Shown here: piece by piece, positions 48,587 to 58,336 of the stretch | Numbering within the stretch: the first letter of the stretch is position 1 | Layout: the number at the start of each line of letters is the position of its first letter | Origin: Candidatus Parcubacteria bacterium | GTDB lineage: Bacteria; Patescibacteriota; Minisyncoccia; Phycocordibacterales; JAKFXT01 | Assembly: GCA_021414235.1 (NCBI GenBank) | Contig: JAIOOV010000003.1 | Coordinates: 37,560-101,559 of the forward strand | DNA: 64,000 bases | Direction of reading: 5' to 3' | Program-made: the position numbers and the translations under genes | The notes under the pieces: generated by a model | The model's database searches: none | Seen by the model: the letters and a program-made list of their open reading frames with translations, nothing else | What the model was told of the DNA's origin: nothing

Positions 48587-48742
48587 CTAGCGCAATGCCG
48601 ATTCCCAGAAGGAAGCTACAGAGGCACCAAGCTCTGCACCCGAAGCATAGCTATACAGGGAGAGTCCCAGGAAGAAGATCATGCCCATGGTGATGATCCC
48701 CACGAAGCTCGCTGCGAACCGGAAGAAGGATTTATTGAACAT
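48587..48742 (-). CDS. 51-aa single-TM protein (below the ORF-track cutoff)
   Basis: MFNKSFFRFAASFVGIITMGMIFFLGLSLYSYASGAELGASVASFWESALR. Confidence 0.65.
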   Translation of the reverse strand: MFNKSFFRFAASFVGIITMGMIFFLGLSLYSYASGAELGASVASFWESALR

Positions 48743-48757
48743 TCTCTATTTCTTTTG

Positions 48758-49561
48758 CTACTCGATAGCTTTGAGTTCGGCCTTGAGAGTGATCACTAGA
48801 GCGTCATTCTTAAGCTCTGTGGCCACCACGATCGCCTGCTGATAGTAAGTGCGTGCATCAGCGAGATTGCCCTTACTGCGATAGTAGGTCGCAAGCGCCA
48901 CCATGAGGTCAACCGCTTTAGGGTTCTGCTTTATCCCCTGCTGCAGGATATCAGCCGCCTTAGTGGTGTTCTGCTGATAAGAGAGACGGTAAAGATCGTG
49001 GAGGTTGAGGTAGGAAAGCAAGTACTGAGGATCATTATGAACAGCCTGCTTTAAGTTCATCTCCGCGCGCACGTAATCCTTGAGCTCGTAGTGATAGAGA
49101 TTGCCGATGTTGTTGTAGGAGACGATGTTGGTCGGACTCATAAGCGAGACATACTCCCAGGCTTCGCGCGCCGCCTCGTAGTCATTAATCGTCTTGTACC
49201 GGATGCCGAGGTCGATCCAAGCATTGAGGTCCTTCGGGTTATTACGGAGTCGGACACGGACAGCTTCAATATCTGCCAAGACGATAGCCTTCTCCTGGAC
49301 CGTGAAGCTCGCAGGAACAGAGATCTCCCGGTTGATGAACGGATGAGGAGGAAGACCAGAGCCAGACTCAGAAGGCACCGGAAGCGGAGTGATGGTTACT
49401 GGCGCGCTCGTGGAAGCACTGACCGGGAAATTAGATTCGGGGGTGGTAGTAGCGCCAGAAGCGGGAGTATCAGAAGAAAGACTCTGCCATTTCCAAACAC
49501 CGAAACCTGCTACTCCTATGAGTACTGCTGCACCGACAACTATCAGGATATTTTTCTGCAT
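48758..49561 (-). CDS. Membrane-anchored TPR protein
   Basis: N-terminal TM, Pro/Ser/Thr linker, TPR motifs (AWIDLG, SYNNIGNLY). Confidence 0.85.
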   Translation of the reverse strand: MQKNILIVVGAAVLIGVAGFGVWKWQSLSSDTPASGATTTPESNFPVSASTSAPVTITPLPVPSESGSGLPPHPFINREISVPASFTVQEKAIVLADIEAVRVRLRNNPKDLNAWIDLGIRYKTINDYEAAREAWEYVSLMSPTNIVSYNNIGNLYHYELKDYVRAEMNLKQAVHNDPQYLLSYLNLHDLYRLSYQQNTTKAADILQQGIKQNPKAVDLMVALATYYRSKGNLADARTYYQQAIVVATELKNDALVITLKAELKAIE

Positions 49562-49591
49562 AGAGCTATTGTAGCTATATTTCCAAGTAAC

Positions 49592-49623
49592 GCAAAAACC
49601 CCGCCGTGAGGCGGGGTTTTTGC
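49592..49623 (-). terminator. Terminator of the S-layer-like gene
   Basis: GCAAAAACCCCGCC-GTGA-GGCGGGGTTTTTGC. Confidence 0.9.
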
Positions 49624-49677
49624 TAACCGTCCCGACGATTAGCCTAAGCTAACCGTGGGATCCAGAGTAACGATGTG

Positions 49678-52600
49678 TTACTTGGAGATGGTGACGGAAT
49701 CCATGTTGTCGGACGGAAGGCCCGAGACAAAGTATCCGTTGGTCCAGTCGTTGCCAGTCGTAGCAGACGTGGTGGTCGAGTTCGGAGACCAGACGAAGTC
49801 GTCATTGCCATCCGCATCGATTGCCACAGCGTCATCCATGAGAGCGGCGAGAGACGGGTATGCCGCATCTCCATCGATCTTAGTGATGACCTGACCGCTG
49901 GTTACGCCGCCCGTGAGAGTGACATCACCCTGTACCTTGAAGTAGTAGGTGCTGCCAGTCGGGATGCGGAAGTAGCCAGAGGAAGCGCCCGTTACAAGCA
50001 CATCGTTAGCACCGCTCGAGACGAGTCCGGCGATAGTCGTGTTGACCTGACCAGAAGTGGTGAAGCCAGAGACTGCCGAGCTGAACGAGCTATCGGTGTA
50101 GGCCATGATCTTGAGGTTCGTCACGGTCGTGGAAGAAGTTCCAGACGGAGTGGACGAAGTCGAGACGTTGACCGTGAACTTGTAGATGGAGACTCCGTCG
50201 CTGCCGGCCTGACCAGTAGAGGTCACGCTGAAGCGGTAGAGATCCATGCCGGACTGCGTGCTGAGGACGCTATTCGGGATGCTCAAGCGAGCAAATACCG
50301 GATAGGACTTCATGACGCGGATGCCGTCAACGTCGGAGTCCGAAGAGGAACCGGTGTTGAGGGTGGTGCCGGATTCAACGCCCGTACCCTGGGTACCCGT
50401 CGAGTCGTTGCCATCGTAGTCAACCTTCACGAGGTGACCAGAGGAAGTGGCGTTCTGGCCAGTACCAACGGTGCTCAGGTCAACCTTGACGGTGATGAGC
50501 TTGGTGCTGTCCTTAGGGACGCGGAAGGACTGGGTAAGAGTCGAGGTAGCCGTGCGATTCTCACCGGTGAAGGTGGCCTCGCCGACCTTAGTGGAGCCAT
50601 CCCAGAGGGAGACCTTCGTAAGGTGAGACGGGGTGCTCGAAGCGGCTACGCCCGAGAGCTGGAGAGCAACACGAGTGATGTCTACAGCTTCGTTGGTGCC
50701 TGCGAAGCGGAGTACGCCTGCAGTGACACCGGAAGTTCCGCCAGCCGCGATCTGGTAAGACGGGCTAGAAGAATCCTTGGTAACAGTGAACGAACCTGCG
50801 CCGATGGTCTGAGTCTGACCGGTAGCAGCCGTGACAGTCTCAGAGACGTCAGCAGAGGACGTTACGCCAGTGACCGTGATGGAAGGAGACGATGCGATAC
50901 CCCACGAGAAGGTGTTGTTCGTCACAGCAGAAGCCGAGACGTTACACTTAAGCGTAAGAGTCTTGATCGTGCCCTTCGAAACCACGAGGGACTGGTCGAA
51001 GGTGTAAGTCGCAGAGCCAGAAGCCGACGGATTGACCACGTTCGAGCTGTTGAGCGCGGTGGTGCCGTCGTAAAGCTGACAAGACGAGAGAGAGGTGGCT
51101 ACAGCCGATCCGCCGAGCGTGAGCGTAAGCGGGATCGAAGAGAAGCGCACATCCTCGCCAGACTGAGTCGCGTCAAGCTGGACGTTCGTGAAGATACGAG
51201 ACTGTCCACCAGGAACGATGGTCTGAGCAGCCGGATCGGACGAGATCGTGATGGCAAGAGCTGCGCCCTTGACCGTCATGGTGTTCATCGCGAACTGACC
51301 GTTCGAGAGAGTGATGCTGTTACCAGTAGTCTGACCGCGAACCGTCGTCCAGTTGTCCGAAGGAGTAGTGGACGCGATGTAGGTCGAGTTAGAGGCAACA
51401 CCAGTCGGGACCTTACCCTTGAGGGTGTAGGTCTGCTTGCCAACCGGGTAGGTGATGGTGTCCGAGAAGACAACCTTCTGGTTCGTACCGCCTACGGCAG
51501 TTGCATCTACCGGACCTGCGACGACCGCACCGTTCGAGTCAACGAGGGTAACGTTCGTGAGGAGAGCAGAAGAAGCTGCACCGGAAGTGGTGAAGTAGAA
51601 GGTAGAAGACTGGACAGTGATCGCCTCGCCCTTGATGTCGGTCTCATAGCCGCCGAGTACCTGGTTAGGCACGTTGACAGCGATGTTCTGAGAAGCGACA
51701 GAGGTGGCCTTGGCGATCGTGGTTGCAGTACCGCCAGTGACGGTCACGAGAGAACCGTGGAACCAAGGGGTACCAGCGGTGAACTCAGACGTGCTGTCGG
51801 AAGCAGAGCTTGCGCCAGCCGGAGGAGTCACGCCGTAACCGTAGGTCTCGCCAGTTGCGTAGACGTCAGTGCGGTTTGCGATGTCGAAGCGGACCGTGCG
51901 GCCAGCAGCGTTGCCACCGACGATGTCACCCTGGATGTAGATATCCTTGGAGAGACCCTTGTCGATGACGAGACCGGAGCCGAAGGAAGCAGTGACATAC
52001 TTACCATCTGCAGAAACCATGGTGTCGTAGCTCGTGCCATCTACGAAGACCTTGATGTTAGCGAGGTCAGTCGTGAGAGAAGCAGAACCGGCCTGGTTCC
52101 AACGAACGGACCAGAGGCGGAGCTTCTCGGCAGAACCCGCGGTGACGCGGACGCCGGCAAACTTGTAGCCAGTGGTGCCGATCTCCTTGCTTGCCGAAGT
52201 GTTCGGGTCAAACGAAGAGACAGCGTTGGTGATAGTACCGATTGTGAGAGACGCGTTGATGGTGTGACCTGCGCCGGCGATCGGGAGCGAGCCAGAGACC
52301 GTAGCAGAGGTGTTCACTGCGACGACCGAGAGCATTGCTACCTGACCAGCGTAGGAGTCAAGCGTCGAAGCCATGTTACCAGCGACAGTCACCGTCTTAG
52401 AAGTTCCCTTCTTGACGACGAACGGCTCGCCTACAGTAGCCTGGTTGTTCGAGTTGAGAGTCTTTGCGATGCCGATCTGAGTACCGTTCTCATCGAGGAG
52501 GACGATACCGTCGAAGACGGCGTTCTGAGCGAGACCGCCGCGCTCAACCACAAGGCTGTTGACCGTCACATCACCATCGTTAGACGCGGTGAGGACGACC

Positions 52601-53178
52601 TTGGTGAAGGGAACGCGAGAAGCGTTCTCAGGAGCCAAGGAAGCCGCAGGCTGAGTTGCCGCAGAGATCGAGAGACCCGTACCGGCAGGAGTGGTGGGAG
52701 TGGTAGGGGTAGTAGGGGTGGTCGGAGTCGTCACCACGACCAAGGAGTTGAGCTTGGCGCGGGTGAGCGGACCGACAGTACCCGTAGTGGAGATTCCGTA
52801 CTTAGCCTGGAGCTTCATCACTGCAGCCCGGGTAGCCGGACCGAAAGTGGTGGTTTCCATGCCAGGAGAACCTGCACCTGAGAGAGCGACGCGAGTCGCT
52901 GCATCCCTGTTGAGAGCTATCTGGAGCTGCTTCACTGCCTCGCCCTTCGAGCCGAGCTGAAGGTTAGTAGTGAAGTTGTAGCCCGTGCCAGCAGTAGAGC
53001 CGCCCGTGTTGAGCTGACCCTGAAGCTGGGAAATCATCGCCAAGAGGCTGGCAATCTGCGCCTGAAGCTCTTCAGCAGTGGCCGCGTTTGCAGACGACGG
53101 CGCAACTACGAAGGACAGGGCCATTGCGAAGCCCACAAAACCGGCGACTACTTTCGCAGTTTTCGATTTTAATGCCAT
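49678..53178 (-). CDS. Major surface / S-layer-like protein with peptidoglycan-binding domain
   Basis: Signal peptide, LQAQIASLLAMI coiled coil, PG-binding motif FGPATRAAV..GTVGPLTR, PTT linker, Thr/Ser/Gly-rich beta domains, strong codon bias. Confidence 0.85.
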   Translation of the reverse strand: MALKSKTAKVVAGFVGFAMALSFVVAPSSANAATAEELQAQIASLLAMISQLQGQLNTGGSTAGTGYNFTTNLQLGSKGEAVKQLQIALNRDAATRVALSGAGSPGMETTTFGPATRAAVMKLQAKYGISTTGTVGPLTRAKLNSLVVVTTPTTPTTPTTPTTPAGTGLSISAATQPAASLAPENASRVPFTKVVLTASNDGDVTVNSLVVERGGLAQNAVFDGIVLLDENGTQIGIAKTLNSNNQATVGEPFVVKKGTSKTVTVAGNMASTLDSYAGQVAMLSVVAVNTSATVSGSLPIAGAGHTINASLTIGTITNAVSSFDPNTSASKEIGTTGYKFAGVRVTAGSAEKLRLWSVRWNQAGSASLTTDLANIKVFVDGTSYDTMVSADGKYVTASFGSGLVIDKGLSKDIYIQGDIVGGNAAGRTVRFDIANRTDVYATGETYGYGVTPPAGASSASDSTSEFTAGTPWFHGSLVTVTGGTATTIAKATSVASQNIAVNVPNQVLGGYETDIKGEAITVQSSTFYFTTSGAASSALLTNVTLVDSNGAVVAGPVDATAVGGTNQKVVFSDTITYPVGKQTYTLKGKVPTGVASNSTYIASTTPSDNWTTVRGQTTGNSITLSNGQFAMNTMTVKGAALAITISSDPAAQTIVPGGQSRIFTNVQLDATQSGEDVRFSSIPLTLTLGGSAVATSLSSCQLYDGTTALNSSNVVNPSASGSATYTFDQSLVVSKGTIKTLTLKCNVSASAVTNNTFSWGIASSPSITVTGVTSSADVSETVTAATGQTQTIGAGSFTVTKDSSSPSYQIAAGGTSGVTAGVLRFAGTNEAVDITRVALQLSGVAASSTPSHLTKVSLWDGSTKVGEATFTGENRTATSTLTQSFRVPKDSTKLITVKVDLSTVGTGQNATSSGHLVKVDYDGNDSTGTQGTGVESGTTLNTGSSSDSDVDGIRVMKSYPVFARLSIPNSVLSTQSGMDLYRFSVTSTGQAGSDGVSIYKFTVNVSTSSTPSGTSSTTVTNLKIMAYTDSSFSSAVSGFTTSGQVNTTIAGLVSSGANDVLVTGASSGYFRIPTGSTYYFKVQGDVTLTGGVTSGQVITKIDGDAAYPSLAALMDDAVAIDADGNDDFVWSPNSTTTSATTGNDWTNGYFVSGLPSDNMDSVTISK

Positions 53179-53572
53179 ACGTTATTAATTACTGAACGAA
53201 AGATATGCAGCACGCGTTGTGCCGCATATTCCCTCGGTGTGGGATTTGACGTCGGAATCGACTTACCGACTATCCACACTGCAACGCACACGGAGTGACC
53301 CGCACGCGCTACACAACTATCCCGTACGCTTCTCTATCTTTCGACAGAGGGCGTACAGGGTAGCTTGCGGAATGATAATGGTGGTTCGGACACGCGGTAA
53401 AAGAGAGGGATTGATCATCCATTCGGGAATGCTTTGAGTTTGGTGGTTTTCCAAACCTCTATGAAATTGTCAACGATCGTTCTTTTGAGGGCCGGTCGGA
53501 AACTTCTTCGGTATATCGGTCGTTCAGTAGTGATGACGGACACGACATAGAATATGTCGAACCGTAGCGCGA

Positions 53573-53618
53573 ATTATAGTATTCGCCTCACTCCCCTGCA
53601 AAAGTTTTTTGTGGATAA
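53573..53618 (-). promoter_or_regulatory. Promoter of the S-layer-like gene with upstream DnaA box
   Basis: TTGCAG(53601-53596)-17-TATAAT(53578-53573); TTATCCACA at 53618-53610. Confidence 0.7.
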
Positions 53619-53787
53619 CTCCCGAAAAAAGCCTTTATCAGGCTCTTTTTTGTGGGAATAAGCCACCTCGCCATGCTCGCATAAAAAGACCCCGAAGTCA
53701 ACGAAATTAAGGGATATTCCTATATAAGGAGAAAGCCGGCGCACCCGCGCCGGCTCAAAAGCCCTATCAGAGTAGTTTTAAGGACAC

Positions 53788-54549
53788 TTACCGCAGAGAG
53801 TAGCGGCTCCAGCGACGCTCCCCTTCACGCTTAAGGACACCCTGAGCGACCAAGCTTCCGAGCTCGCGCTGGATGGTCTTCTCACCTACGCCCCGTATAT
53901 GGCTGGCAATGTCTTTTATACTCAACGGCAACGAGCTCCTCTTGATGAGGTCGAGAATAGAGAGGGAGCGCTCCTTGGTCACGGCAGGTTCTTGTCCTTT
54001 ATTCTGTCCCATAGAAGAAGGCGTGCGGCGCGGGAGACTGCTCGCAGGCGTAGCAAAGGTGGAAGCCGATACATAGCTCGGATCAAGCACGCTCGAGACA
54101 GGAAGGAGGCTAGGGACCGGGGGCATCGCATCAGTTTTTAAAAGCTCTTCGGAGAGAGCGATGACCGGAGCTGAGGAGAGATTCTCCGCCTTAGCGAGAA
54201 TCTCAAGCACCTGGTCGTACTCATGCTTCAGCACCTCCGCATTCATAGGAGAGATGAGGCGTGCGCCAGAGGCGATCTCGAGGAGCGAGAGAATCTCCAG
54301 GATCTTCACGGACGGAAGCATCCCGCGCATCGTAGCCGAAGAGAGGATGTCCTTAACGAGTCCCACGGAGAGCTCGCGCAAATCACGACGAAGCTTCTCC
54401 TCCTCAGAGACAAGATCTGTCACCAGGTAGACAGCGGCCGCGAGCTTCTGGCTCTTCTTGAATGCAAAGAGAAGACCGTCATTCCCCTTGAACAGGGCGG
54501 TATTCTGGTAGCTCGGAATCATCTTGTCCTTTTGTTCTGTATCGGACAT
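53788..54549 (-). CDS. Protein with C-terminal DeoR-like winged HTH
   Basis: LSIKDIA...GEKTIQREL..LV..GVLKREGERRWSRY. Confidence 0.85.
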   Translation of the reverse strand: MSDTEQKDKMIPSYQNTALFKGNDGLLFAFKKSQKLAAAVYLVTDLVSEEEKLRRDLRELSVGLVKDILSSATMRGMLPSVKILEILSLLEIASGARLISPMNAEVLKHEYDQVLEILAKAENLSSAPVIALSEELLKTDAMPPVPSLLPVSSVLDPSYVSASTFATPASSLPRRTPSSMGQNKGQEPAVTKERSLSILDLIKRSSLPLSIKDIASHIRGVGEKTIQRELGSLVAQGVLKREGERRWSRYSLR

Positions 54550-54688
54550 ATTGTATGTCTTTTATACCACGTATGTGTCTTTTAATCAAGTGTAACACCG
54601 TCCTAAACGCCTGTCCAATAGAAAAAAGGCCTTATTTATGGCTGTGCATTAGGTTTTCCCCAGCCTGTGCTAAAATTGCCCTATCTAT

Positions 54689-56902
54689 ATGGCCAGGGCC
54701 AACTCTAAGCAAGATAAGCAGGAGAAGCTCGATGCAGCTCCCCCGTTCAAGAACCCCTGGAGCTCTCTTAAAGAGGGTACTCGTCGCGGCATCGCCGCCG
54801 TGCTCTACGGCTCCGCGACCATCTTCTTCCTTCTTGCCGCCCTCTCGCTCGCGGGCGTAGCCGGGAACGAGGCCTACTCCCTCCTCTCATATCTCTTAGG
54901 TTACGGATACTTCCTCCTCCCCATCCTTTCTCTCTTCCTGACCGTCTCCTACGCCCGCACCAAGCGGGAAGAGCCCATCGGCCTCAAGGCCTTCGGCTCC
55001 GTCCTCTTCGTCATCTCAGGTCTTGGTGTTGCCGCCCTCCTCTCCCCGGAAGCCGGTGGCATCGTGGGCAGCTCCATTGCCTCCCCTCTCCAGAGCGCCT
55101 TCGATTTCTACGCGAGCGCGGTAATCCTCGGCGCAGCACTCCTCGTCTCCGTTTTCATACTCTTCGAACTCTCCTTCCCTGAAGTAGCCTTCTCAGGCTT
55201 CAGCAACCCGTTCAAGAAAAAAGGAGCGAACGAAGACGAACTCCTCGCTCCTCTTGAAAGTGAGCAGTATGAGGATGCGCCGCTACCAGAAGAACGACCG
55301 GAAGCTACCGAAGAACCTCAGGAAGAAGCTGCTCGCCCGACCCCAGTAGTCGCGAGCGAAGCCTCGGGCGACAAGATCGAGGGTTACAATTTTAAGATCA
55401 CCAGCTCCTTCGGCACTCCTTTCGTGCCGCCACCTTTGACCCTCCTCGAGAAGGATCGCGGCAAGCCAGCAGTCGGCGACGTGAAGGCGAACGGCAACAT
55501 CATCAAGCGCACCCTCCAGAACTTCGGCATCGTGGTGGAGATGGATGAGATCTCCATCGGTCCATCGGTGACTCGCTATGCGCTGAAGCCCGCAGAGGGC
55601 GTGAAGCTCTCCCGCATCGTCGCGCTCCAGAACGACCTCTCACTCGCGCTCGCCGCACACCCCATCCGTATCGAAGCGCCGATCCCGGGTAAATCTCTGG
55701 TGGGTGTAGAGATTCCTAATAGCGTAAAGGCGACCGTCGGTCTCTCCGGTCTCCTCTCTAACGAAGAGTTCCAGAAGTCGGACAAGCCGCTCTTGGTAGC
55801 CCTCGGCAAAGGCGTCTCCGGCAAGTTCCACTACGCCAACATCGCCAAGATGCCTCACGGCCTCATCGCCGGCGCTACCGGCTCCGGCAAATCCGTGACC
55901 ATTCACGTAGTGGTCACCTCCCTCCTCTTCCGCAATTCCCCAGAGAACCTGCGCTTCATCATGATTGACCCGAAGCGCGTGGAGCTTACGTTGTACAACA
56001 AGATCCCCCACCTGCTCACTCCAGTCATCACGGATGCAAAGAAAGCCATCCAAGCGCTCAAATGGGCAGCCAAGGAGATGGATCGCCGCTACGACATCCT
56101 GGAAACAGAGAGCGTGCGCGATATCGAGAGTTATCATAAGAACGTGCAGAAAGGCACCACGAAGATGAAGAAGGATGGCCCAGAATCCGCCGGTCCCGAG
56201 CCTATGCCCTACATCGTAATCATCATCGACGAGCTCGCCGACATCATGCAGGCCTACCCACGCGAACTCGAATCCTCTATCGTGCGCCTCGCTCAGATGA
56301 GCCGTGCGGTGGGTATCCATCTCCTGCTCTCCACCCAGCGCCCCTCAGTGAACGTCATCACCGGCCTCATCAAAGCGAACGTCCCCGCTCGTATCGCCCT
56401 CCAGGTAGCCTCCCAGATCGACTCCCGCACCATCCTCGATATGGCAGGCGCCGAGAAGCTCCTTGGCGCGGGCGATATGCTCTACCTCTCGGGCGAGATG
56501 TCCCAGCCACAGCGTATCCAGTCCCCCTACATTTCTGAGGACGAGGTGAAGAAGGTGGTGAAGTTCCTCGCAGAGACATACAAGGATGAAGTGCCGAACG
56601 AGATCAATCTCGGTGGCCCTGCTGCTGCCACTGAAGGCGGGATATTCGCCTCCATGGTCTCTGATGACGACGTGGACGACGACATGTACGAGGACGCTCG
56701 AGAGACGGTCATCTCCGCCGGCAAAGCCTCTACTTCCTACCTCCAGCGCAAGCTCGGCGTGGGTTACGCCAGGGCTGCCCGCCTCATGGATATCCTCGAA
56801 GAGAAAGGTGTCATCGGCCCTGGCTCTGGCTCCAAGCCCCGCGACGTACTCATCAAGTCCGGGAACGCTACTTCCTCCTCCGAAGTCCCTGAAGAGATAT
56901 GA
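54689..56902 (+). CDS. ftsK: DNA translocase FtsK/SpoIIIE
   Basis: N-terminal TMs, AGATGSGKS, IIDELAD, TQRPSV, gamma domain LQRKLGVGYARAAR. Confidence 0.97.
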   Translation: MARANSKQDKQEKLDAAPPFKNPWSSLKEGTRRGIAAVLYGSATIFFLLAALSLAGVAGNEAYSLLSYLLGYGYFLLPILSLFLTVSYARTKREEPIGLKAFGSVLFVISGLGVAALLSPEAGGIVGSSIASPLQSAFDFYASAVILGAALLVSVFILFELSFPEVAFSGFSNPFKKKGANEDELLAPLESEQYEDAPLPEERPEATEEPQEEAARPTPVVASEASGDKIEGYNFKITSSFGTPFVPPPLTLLEKDRGKPAVGDVKANGNIIKRTLQNFGIVVEMDEISIGPSVTRYALKPAEGVKLSRIVALQNDLSLALAAHPIRIEAPIPGKSLVGVEIPNSVKATVGLSGLLSNEEFQKSDKPLLVALGKGVSGKFHYANIAKMPHGLIAGATGSGKSVTIHVVVTSLLFRNSPENLRFIMIDPKRVELTLYNKIPHLLTPVITDAKKAIQALKWAAKEMDRRYDILETESVRDIESYHKNVQKGTTKMKKDGPESAGPEPMPYIVIIIDELADIMQAYPRELESSIVRLAQMSRAVGIHLLLSTQRPSVNVITGLIKANVPARIALQVASQIDSRTILDMAGAEKLLGAGDMLYLSGEMSQPQRIQSPYISEDEVKKVVKFLAETYKDEVPNEINLGGPAAATEGGIFASMVSDDDVDDDMYEDARETVISAGKASTSYLQRKLGVGYARAARLMDILEEKGVIGPGSGSKPRDVLIKSGNATSSSEVPEEI

Positions 56903-57246
56903 GGACGGTCAGAGAGTCACTCCGTCCCCTTTTTATAATAGTCATCCTGGTTGGCGCTGTAGCCTATGGCTATTTCCAGGCCCGCGCCTACCTCGACGGC
57001 CCCGTCATCACCCTGGAGTCCCCGCTTGAGGGCACACCCTTGGAAGGACCCCTCTTTACGGTCTCCGGCTCTATCAAGAACGCCGCGTTCATAAGCCTGG
57101 ATGGGAGGCAGATTTACACCACGGAAGAAGGCCGCTTTCGAGAGCAGCTCTTAGCCCCCCTGGGCTATACTATAGTCACGCTTAAGGCCCGGGATCGCTT
57201 CGGCCACAGCGCCGAAAGAGAGATCGAGCTGGTACGCACTAAGTAA
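56899..57246 (+). CDS. Small membrane-anchored Ig-like protein
   Basis: N-terminal TM then beta-rich domain; ATGA overlap with ftsK. Confidence 0.75.
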   Translation: MRTVRESLRPLFIIVILVGAVAYGYFQARAYLDGPVITLESPLEGTPLEGPLFTVSGSIKNAAFISLDGRQIYTTEEGRFREQLLAPLGYTIVTLKARDRFGHSAEREIELVRTK

Positions 57247-57252
57247 TTTTCT

Positions 57253-58302
57253 ATGCAGAAAAATAAGAAAGAAAAGAAGGAGAAGGAAGCAGTAGGAATG
57301 TCCGGCATCGAGGACACCCTACGCTCTATCCGCACCAAGTTCGGCGAAGAATCCATCATGAAGCTCGGCGACAAGCCGCGCGTAGACGTGGAAGCCGTCC
57401 CCACCGGCTCCATCGGGCTCGATGCAGCCCTCGGCATCGGCGGTCTCCCCCGCGGACGCATTGTGGAGATCTTTGGCCCCGAGAGTTCCGGCAAGACCAC
57501 TCTCGCTCTCCATGTGGTAGCAGAAGCGCAGAAGCGCGGCGGCATCTGCGCCTACATCGACGCAGAGCACGCCATGGATCCGGAGTACGCTAAGAAGCTC
57601 GGCGTGAACATCGAGCACCTCCTCATCTCCCAGCCGGACACCGGCGAGCAGGCGCTCGAGATCGTAGAGAGCCTAGTACGCTCGGCCAAGCTCGACGTCA
57701 TCGTCATCGACTCCGTAGCGGCCCTCACCCCCAAAGACGAGATCGAGGGTGACATGGGCGCGCAGCACGTGGGCAAGCAGGCTCGCCTCATGTCCCAGGC
57801 GCTGCGCAAGCTCACCGCCATCGTGGCACGCAGCAAGACCATCATCATCTTCATCAACCAGATCCGCATGCAGATCGGCGTAATGTTCGGCAACCCCGAG
57901 ACTACCCCAGGCGGCAAGGCGCTTAAATTCTACGCCTCCGTGCGTCTCGATATCCGCCGTATCGCCTCGATCAAGAAGGGCGATGAAGTCATGGGCGGCC
58001 GCGCGCGTGTGAAGGTAGTCAAGAACAAAGTGGCTGCTCCATTCCGTCAGACCGAGTTCGACCTCATGTACGGAGAAGGTATCTCCAAAGAGGGCGAAAT
58101 GCTCGCGCTCGGTGAGAAGTTCAACATCATCCAGAAGTCCGGCGCCTCCTACAAGTACGGGAATGAAGCCATCGGCCGCGGCTATGATGCTGCACGCACC
58201 TTCCTCAAGGAGAATCCCAAGATAAGCAAAGAGATTCTGGAAGAGATCAAGAAGAAATTACAGGAAGAAGGAGCGACCGCAGCAGGAGGATCGGAGGATT
58301 AA
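57253..58302 (+). CDS. recA: Recombinase A
   Basis: [30 protein letters not shown]. Confidence 0.99.
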   Translation: MQKNKKEKKEKEAVGMSGIEDTLRSIRTKFGEESIMKLGDKPRVDVEAVPTGSIGLDAALGIGGLPRGRIVEIFGPESSGKTTLALHVVAEAQKRGGICAYIDAEHAMDPEYAKKLGVNIEHLLISQPDTGEQALEIVESLVRSAKLDVIVIDSVAALTPKDEIEGDMGAQHVGKQARLMSQALRKLTAIVARSKTIIIFINQIRMQIGVMFGNPETTPGGKALKFYASVRLDIRRIASIKKGDEVMGGRARVKVVKNKVAAPFRQTEFDLMYGEGISKEGEMLALGEKFNIIQKSGASYKYGNEAIGRGYDAARTFLKENPKISKEILEEIKKKLQEEGATAAGGSED

Positions 58303-58336
58303 GAGAACTTTTCGCTTGAACGAAAAACTCTGCTCT

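Noticed and set aside
49675-52881. 1068-aa plus-strand ORF
   Set aside because: In-register antisense shadow of the S-layer gene; it stays open because that gene avoids TTA/CTA/TCA codons, and the Arg-rich sequence has no motifs.
53590-53760. oriC
   Set aside because: Only one perfect DnaA box, no box cluster and no dnaA/dnaN nearby.
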